Assembly (NCBI GenBank): GCA_963693365.1 | Contig: CAVNZM010000008.1 | Span: 9,732,293 to 9,796,292 of the forward strand | Direction of reading: 5' to 3' | Origin: Amoebidium appalachense | Taxonomy: Eukaryota > Protista > Ichthyosporea | DNA: 64,000 nucleotides | Shown here: one piece after another, positions 45,412 to 64,000 of the stretch | How the letters are laid out: every line of letters begins with the position of its first letter | How positions within the stretch are numbered: the stretch's first letter is position 1 | Notes under the pieces: generated by a model | What the model was told of the DNA's origin: nothing | The model's database searches: none | Seen by the model: the letters and a program-made list of their open reading frames with translations, nothing else | Program-made: the position numbers and the translations under genes

Positions 45412-46456
45412 GATGCACGTCTAAGTCCTTCACACACTCAAAGAGTCCCACCACCCACATGCACTAGCACTATTTCTCTCTTCCTGCTCTGTATCCCCCC
45501 TCCCCCCTTCATGCATGCACGTCTAAGTCCTTCAATCCCCATGCCATGCACACACTCAAAGAGTCCCCCACCACCCACATGCACTAGCACCATTTCTCTC
45601 TTCCTGCTCTATATCCCCCCCCCCCCCCCCCCCCCCCCCCTCCCCTTCCCCCTTCATGCATGCACGTCTAAGTCCTTCAATCCCATGCCATGCACACACT
45701 CAAAGAGTCCCCCACCACCCACATGCACTAGCACCATTTCTCTCTTCCTGCTCTATATCCCCCCCCCCCCCCCCCCCCTCCCCTCCCCCCTTCATGCATG
45801 CACGTCTAAGTCCTTCAATCCCCATGCCATGCACACACTCAAAGAGTCCCCCACCACCCACATGCACTAGCACCATTTCTCTCTTCCTGCTCTATATCCC
45901 CCCCCCCCCCCCCCCTCCCCCTTCCCCCTTCATGCATGCACGTCTAAGTCCTTCAATCCCCATGCCATGCACACACTCAAAGAGTCCCCCACCACCCACA
46001 TGCACTAGCACCATTTCTCTCTTCCTGCTCTATATCCCCCCCCCCCCCCCCCTCCTCCCTCCCCCCCCCCCTTCATGCATGCACGTCTAAGTCCTTCAAT
46101 CCCCATGCCATGCACACATTCAAAGAGTCCCCCACCACCCACATGCACTAGCACCATTTCTCTCTTCCTGCTCTATATCCCCCCCCCCTCCCCTCCCCCC
46201 TTCATGCATGCACGTCTAAGTCCTTCAATCCCCATGCCATGCATGCATTCAAAGAGTCCCCCACCACCCACATGCACTAGCACCATTTCTCTCTTCCTGC
46301 TCTATATCCCCCCCCCCCCCTCCCCTCCCCCCTTCATGCATGCACGTCTAAGTCCTTCAATCCCCATGCCATGCATGCATTCAAAGAGTCCCCCACCACC
46401 CACATGCACTAGCACCATTTCTCTCTTCCTGCTCTGTATTCCCTGCATGCACTAGC
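45412..46456. repeat. ~125-bp tandem repeat with variable poly-C, ~8 copies
   Basis: ATGCACGTCTAAGTCCTTCAATCCC...CACATGCACTAGCACCATTTCTCTCTTCCTGCTC units. Confidence 0.95.
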
Positions 46457-46591
46457 AGTGTTACTCGTTCATCCCAGCCCGGGCCAATGGTATGCAAAGT
46501 AACTGTATCGGCCGTGCAGCGCTGTCGTTGTGTGTTTATTTTCGTGTTTTCGGGTCGGTGCACGTGTGGTGTGGAGTACCATGTTTATTGC

Positions 46592-46972
46592 TTTTTGTAT
46601 CAGCGCTGGCGTGTACTCCACTTTTGTATCAGCGCTGGCGCTGTGATTGTCGTGTACTCCACTTTTGTATCAGCGCTGGCGCTGTGATTGTCGTGTACTC
46701 CACTTTTGTATCAGCGCTGGCGCTGTGATTGTCGTGTACTCCACTTTTGTATCAGCGCTGGCGGTACTCCACTTTTGTATCAGCGATGGCGTGTACTCCA
46801 CTTTTGTATCAGCGCTGGCGCTGTGATTGTCGTGTACTCCACTTTTGTATCAGCGCTGGCGCTGTGATTGTCGTGTACTCCACTTTTGTATCAGCGCTGG
46901 CGCTGTGATTGTCGTGTACTCCACTTTTGTATCAGCGCTGGCGCTGTGATTGTCGTGTACTCCACTTTTGTA
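46592..46972. repeat. 41-bp tandem repeat
   Basis: TTTTGTATCAGCGCTGGCGCTGTGATTGTCGTGTACTCCAC, with shortened variants. Confidence 0.95.
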
Positions 46973-46991
46973 GCGCGGTGTGTTAATTGAA

Positions 46992-47433
46992 TTAAAAGTC
47001 CGAGTGACTTGTTTGTCTCAGAGTGGTGTCGTACTCCGCAGCACCCGTCTTCTTATTGAAATAGTATATGACTGCATACACCAATGGTGTAACCAATAAA
47101 CATGTGAGGACAATAGCAGCGCTGACGTACACCAGATACATTTTGTTCACTTTCTCTCTAGCATTCGGTTCGGACTTCATTAAATTGTACCAGTGTATAT
47201 TTGCAACGACACTGCATATAGATATCACATAAAGAATGCCTGTGGTGACCGTGCTGTCGAACATGTACGTGTACCTCACAAAACTTTCAGTATCCGACGT
47301 GTTACACCCCAAAAGTGACCTCTCTGAGATCTTGCCTGTGGTACAAACTCTTGATGCCGTGTTGCTCTTGTGTTTTACCAGTACCCCTCTCTCCAGATGC
47401 CGAATTTAGATTGGAATTCGTGAATACACCCAT
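46992..47433 (-). CDS. Two-TM membrane protein; probable +1 frameshift at ~47385
   Basis: Two hydrophobic helices in ORF 46992..47312; ATG 47433 joins on removing one G. Confidence 0.5.
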
Positions 47434-47568
47434 GTGATTGGTCAGTGGTTTGGCACCAAGAGATTGATTGATATGCCATCAACCAGTCAACAAAAAGTAC
47501 TCGCTTTTACTTTTTGTCTCGCTTCACCCCAATCCAAGAACAGTGCACACCAAAACAAAACACTAGAA

Positions 47569-48052
47569 ATGGGAGACGCACTTTTGCGCCCCGATTCGGT
47601 TGACCCCGAACGATGCCCTGCATTTGCACCCTCAAAAAAAGCCCAGTGCAAAAACAAAAAAGAAAACATGCCCACACCACAAGGACGGCTTCAAGCCCTG
47701 GGTATGCTTTGCCCCTGCCACCGGTGTCCTCCTCTACAGCGACAACACCATCAACATCCTCCACCCCCACAAGGCCGGGGACTATGCTCATGCAAACCTC
47801 CTGCTGGACGACCTCCTGGCCGCCTTTACAGTCGCAGAAATGCAGCGCCCTCGCACCGAGCGCACCGGGGTACCCGCGCTGACTGTGTCCACTCCGGATC
47901 CACCCATGGGTGCACCACAGCCACCGGTTGCAGCTGCAGCGGTGGGTGTGGGCAGGGAAAATGGGTACTGCCAGGGCAAAACCAAGGCTGGCAATCCCTG
48001 CAAAAACAGGGTGAAATCTACGACCCATTGCCATAAGCACAAGCCCAAATAA
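47569..48052 (+). CDS. Protein with two C-x(9)-C-x(n)-C-x2-H zinc-binding motifs; frameshift in A-run at ~47655-47667
   Basis: RCPAFAPSKKAQCKNKK-TCPHH and YCQGKTKAGNPCKNRVKSTTHCHKH; stop codon in AATAAA. Confidence 0.6.
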
Positions 48053-48741
48053 AAAAACCACCCACACACCCCCACGTGCCAACATACACTATCCTCCCCG
48101 TGAGTAGCATGCCAGTCCCCCCAGCCCCCCTGCCCCCCAGCCCCCCAGCCCCCCTGCCCCCCTGCCCCCCTGCCCCCCTGCCCCCCTGCCTGCCGGAACC
48201 AGGCCCCCCAGTGGTGGCATTCCAACACGTGCATGCTAGAAGATCGTGCTACATGAACAAATGGTCTTAACTCAGCCATACATGGGGGATAGCCATGGTT
48301 CCCCCACTCTCCCCAGCCTCCTGTGCACGTGTGCCCTCCCCTGCCCCCCTGCCCCCCCTGCTGCCGGAACCACGGCCCCCAGTGGTGGCAGTGAGTGTCC
48401 CCCCTGCCTCCCCTGCACGTGTGCCCCCCCTGCCTCCCCTGCACGTGTGCCCCCCCTGCCTCCCCTGCCTCCCGGAACCACGCCCCGGCGCAGTGGCAGC
48501 TATTTTTAGATATAGAGATTCCATGGCCACATGGCCAGATGGCCAGATCATTTTGCTCACCGTTTTATCCCGTTTTATCCACCTTTTTCCACACACTGAA
48601 TTTGACCTGGCCATCTGGCCATCTGGGTAGAGACCGTTTTCTGTTCTGATATTGGAGAACTGTCTGATAGTGATAGCAAATGTCATTCGAAGAACAATCG
48701 GGAAACCCCGTGGTGTGACAACCAATCAGAATGAAGCAATA

Positions 48742-49028
48742 TTGGGATATTCGGGTTGGTTGTAAGGTTTTCCGGGTCGGGCCGAAGGCCCTAACGGGCC
48801 GCAGGCCCGTCTATTGGGCCATAGGCCCTAGGCCGCGAGGCCTGCTAACCCCCCCGCGGGCCGGGCCGGGCCGGGGGTGGCTCGCGGGCCGGGCCGGGCC
48901 CCCCGGTCCCCGGGGCCCCGGGCCCCAGGCCTCGCGGCCTAGGGCCTATGGCCCAATAGACGGGCCTGCGGCCCGTTAGGGCCTTCGGCCCGACCCGGAA
49001 AACCTTACAACCAACCCGAATATCCCAA
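48742..49028. repeat. Perfect 103-bp inverted repeat with 81-nt GC-rich loop (candidate viral hairpin terminus)
   Basis: 48742-48844 is the exact reverse complement of 48926-49028; loop 48845-48925. Confidence 0.97.
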
Positions 49029-50144
49029 GTGGGTTAGTGATGGTAACTTTAGTTTTTTATTTTAACCATACCATTGGTGGATTGTTTTGATCATTTTTTA
49101 CAAACCAAAGCTTGCCCGATGCCAGGGCTAAGCCGCTAGGTAGAGGCAAATTAGTACAGGTTAAGAAAGCATGCTACACGACAGATAAAGATATAAATTA
49201 CATACACCCACCTACTGTAAAAAGTTTCTTTTACGGCTTTCATTCTCTTCTCAAACAATATACAACCAGATACCAGACACATATTATACATCAATTTTAT
49301 AATGGCTTATAAACATACTGATTGGATTAAGATCACAGCATTATAAAGCTGTTCCGGTACACGGTTACGTATACCCTTCAGCTGTCGTGCTGCATATAAA
49401 ACAGATCTGCTGCGTCTTGTGCCTCAGTCGAAATACATCAAAACTTTGTAAGATCCCGCGCACCTTTATTTTTTTTTCTTTTTTTTTTTGCGATTCCTGT
49501 GTGCTTATACACATCGTCCGTGTATTAGAGGTTTGGTTTTCAGAAGAACTTATAATTTACATTTCTGTTTCTAAGATATGAACTTATTTACATTTCTGTT
49601 TCTAAGAGTTTCATTCGCCCGGAGCCAGGCCTAGACTTGGGTTTTGTTTTGCGCTTTCCATTTTCTGAGTCCTTCTGCCAAAAGCAATCTTCTTTTCACG
49701 GCCACAGAGGTAAGTTTGCCTTATACGAATAACTATTTGGGTATATGTAGCACTTACCGCTGCTTAAGCTGAATTCAATGTGTATATTATTTTGCGTATG
49801 TATACGTAGTAAGTGCAAGTTCGCTGAAGCCAGTCGCCATTGCCCTACATGGTAGAGCATTCAATCTAGCCCGGGACCCGCACCATGATCCCGAAAAACC
49901 TGGAAATTTTTAAACAAAATAATGATTTTCTTATTTTTCTATGTTGCATAGCCATGGATGTAGCTTTCACCAAGTTACCCGTGCCACTCACTCTATCACG
50001 TATATGAAGTATGCACAACTCCAGCTACAAAATATTCCAGTAAAGTTCATAATGTAAGAGACTGCTAAAGTTTAATGAACATTAACGGTTAGCGTCACAC
50101 TTGACCCCAGCAGACCTTTACCATACACCCGTCACCAATACGTC

Positions 50145-56475
<6,331 letters not shown>

Positions 56476-56627
56476 AGCAATTAACTAGTGGCCCAATGAA
56501 CTCGAAAGGTGTAAAACCAGCATGCTACTATCGGGAAATCTGGGTGAGAGTATCCGTTTTAAATAGATCGACACTCCATGCATCAGTGGGGTGGGGGTGG
56601 GGCTGTACGTGGGAGGGGGGAGGGGAA

Positions 56628-56674
<47 letters not shown>

Positions 56675-57034
56675 CACGCACAAGCCACTGATGCACAACC
56701 TGAGATTCGAGGATATCGATTAGTTTTAAATTTGTAAATATGCAGATTTTTTAATCAATTTTTGCGGATCCGGATTTCAAGCTGTCCCGGTGCCGGCACC
56801 TGGCAGCCTCGTTTTTAAGGCGTTTGTAAAAAGCCCCCCCCCCCCCCACACACACCCCCACCCTTGCCCCGGACCACTATCACCACTCATCCGGCTTCAA
56901 AAATGTATACAATGCACCTGCGGATCAAAAGGAGGCCAGGTGGATGGACTTGGTAGTGGCAGTTTGTGGTGTTGAACTTCTAGAACGTTGGTGATCGAAG
57001 GGGAGAATGGAGGGGCGGGGTGGCGGGGGCGGCA

Positions 57035-57072
<38 letters not shown>

Positions 57073-58676
57073 TCAGACGGAGGGGGGGGGGGGGGGGAAG
57101 TCATGCATATATGTGTGTGAGAGTGTATATGCGGGTGTGTGTGTGTGTGTGTGTGTGTGTGTCTTAGTGTGTGTTGGGGGGGGAGGGGGAGGGGGGAGGG
57201 GGAGGTGGGGGGGAGGGGGAGGAGGCATCATGATCGACGGGTCCCTTCGGTCCGGGCTTTGGATGTACAAGTAATGAATCATACTTAAAGAGGGTTTCTT
57301 TTAGCTTTTCGGGCCGGGCCGGGTCAGAGGGGATTCTAGCTATATGATTGGCGTGCTGCGCATCAGCTGCGCACCATCGTTTTGCCGGCAGCAAGGTACA
57401 TGTGATGCGCCATAATTCGACAATAAAGAAAAAGAAAAGAGAAAAGAAAGAATTAAAGAATGGAATTATATTAATAAAGCTTTAGGAAGATAATTGCAGT
57501 TCATATCATGGTTTATATGCTGAGTAAATGGCTTGACCCGAATGTGCTGGAATGGGGACAATTGATCGGCCTAAAAGAAACCCCCTTTAAGTGCCCTGGA
57601 ACAACAATAAAACAATAAAAAAACGAGGAATATCGTGCGTTGAATATTTTTTCTCTCTTCAACATCCCGGCTGTACACAGATTCAAAATTTGATTGTGAG
57701 GGGTTAGCCGACTTGAAAGATCTAGACATGTACAGCGACTTGCCACCAACTTTAACTGATCGACGTATCCCCTGGGATATGTGTCTCAGAAACCCCGCCT
57801 GCCGGGGGCATGTGATCTTACTCCAATCAGCAGTGGGCGCGAGCTCCTTGAACATTTCAATCTTACATTAAAGCCTGTAGGCTATTTATATCAGTGGCTG
57901 GATGCTTGACCAGCAAGCACATATGAATCCTCACAAATGTATAATAACTATGAAACAATAACTAAGTATGGTGGAAATAAATGGAATCCTTATAGAGTAT
58001 GGCAGCACACGCAGATGCGTCGCTCCTAATATGGAATCGTATAATACATAACTCACGATATAAGCACCACACGTGTACAAATCATTCATAGTGCATGTTT
58101 AAACAGTTTATATTATCATGGTTGTGTTTTGGTCATACCACACTGTAAATGTAAACAGTCGTACGTAAAAATGACGGAACATACAGCGTAAATCATTATC
58201 CAAAAGCACAAAGCTAATCTATCAGAACTGAGGTTTTGTGGTAGTACTTGCAAACTACGGGCCAAACATAAGAATATACAATAGATGCGCTATCTAATCA
58301 GATTCCAATGTTGAGTATTACAAGACACGACCCAAGGCAACGTGATTTGTTTATAATGTGCAACCAGTATAATTTAGCTGGCTTCATGATTTTCTAATTT
58401 AAAATCCCACAATTTTAAAATCCAAAATCGTGCATTTTTAAAACCCCCAACCCTGCAGTCGCCTATCTCTACAGCCCCTTGCAAAAGAGGAGAGAGAACG
58501 GAACTAGAAAGCCCTAGTAAAAGAAAGTAAAAAAAGAAACGGGCATTACCTATCAGTCTCCCAAGTCCCCAGTCCACAAAATCCACACACGCCCCGGTTG
58601 AACAAAACTTGAACAAACACACACACACACACAAGCCAAAGCCACATATTGCATACATCAAACACTTTCGTGCGTA

Positions 58677-58707
<31 letters not shown>

Positions 58708-58878
58708 TCTTCGCCTACCCACATACACACCCACCCACCCACACCAAACACACGCACACACACACACACACACACCTCCCATGTCCCGCCCATCAGAAGA
58801 AGAACTACCTCAGGGAAATCAGTCGTGTGAGGATAGCAGCCAGTAGCAGATGCGCACTAAAATATAACTAGGTGCAGA

Positions 58879-63780
<4,902 letters not shown>

Positions 63781-64000
63781 CTGGAGGGGTGGTGCGTGCG
63801 ATGGTCTGGGGGTGTGTGTGTGTGTGTGTGTGTGCATGTGCGTGTTGTGATTTGTGTGTGTGTGCATTTTTTGTGAGTTTTTGTGGGAAAGAAGGAGGTG
63901 GAATTCAGGGAAGTGAAAGAGATAAAGAGAGAGTGTAAATGTGTGTGTCTGTGTGTATGTGCACATACAGTGAGTGTACCTACTTTGTCACAATGTGGTA

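Noticed and set aside
46592-46972. CRISPR-like 41-bp repeats
   Set aside because: Head-to-tail units with no unique spacers.
48742-49028. Interpretation of the palindrome as a MITE
   Set aside because: No target-site duplication, and it sits at a compositional boundary. Disfavoured rather than excluded until copy number is checked.
48845-49037. Telomere-like CTAACCC / GGGTTAG heptamers at the loop start and just right of the palindrome
   Set aside because: Single 7-mers with no tandem telomeric array; may be chance.

Overview
This window is eukaryotic genomic DNA that contains the right-hand part of an endogenized giant virus (Nucleocytoviricota-like) and its junction with host DNA. (1) 1-~34.4 kb is a GC-rich, gene-dense, almost intronless viral core. 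It carries an A16/G9-type Cys-rich membrane protein, an aquaporin, a Nudix hydrolase, a RuvC/A22-type Holliday-junction resolvase interrupted by a 98-bp solo-LTR-like insert, and two paralogous Ulp1/adenain-like cysteine proteases. It also carries a penton-like protein, several BRO/KilA-N/MSV199/T5orf172-type DNA-binding genes, and an SF3 helicase flanked by iteron blocks and PD-(D/E)XK nuclease genes. (2) ~34.4-48.7 kb is a repeat-rich terminal zone with a 7-exon JmjN+JmjC (KDM4-like) histone demethylase gene and three more ORFs. (3) 48742-49028 is a perfect 103-bp inverted repeat around an 81-nt GC-rich loop, with no target-site duplication; it is the candidate unfolded hairpin terminus of the viral genome. 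(4) >49 kb is host DNA with microsatellite-rich introns: a 5-exon secreted PLD6/Nuc-type HKD gene with a TIR element in intron 1, and the 3' part of an unidentified minus-strand gene. No major capsid, polB or RNA polymerase gene lies in the window, so the viral family cannot be assigned. All family calls come from reading motifs by eye, not from database searches.
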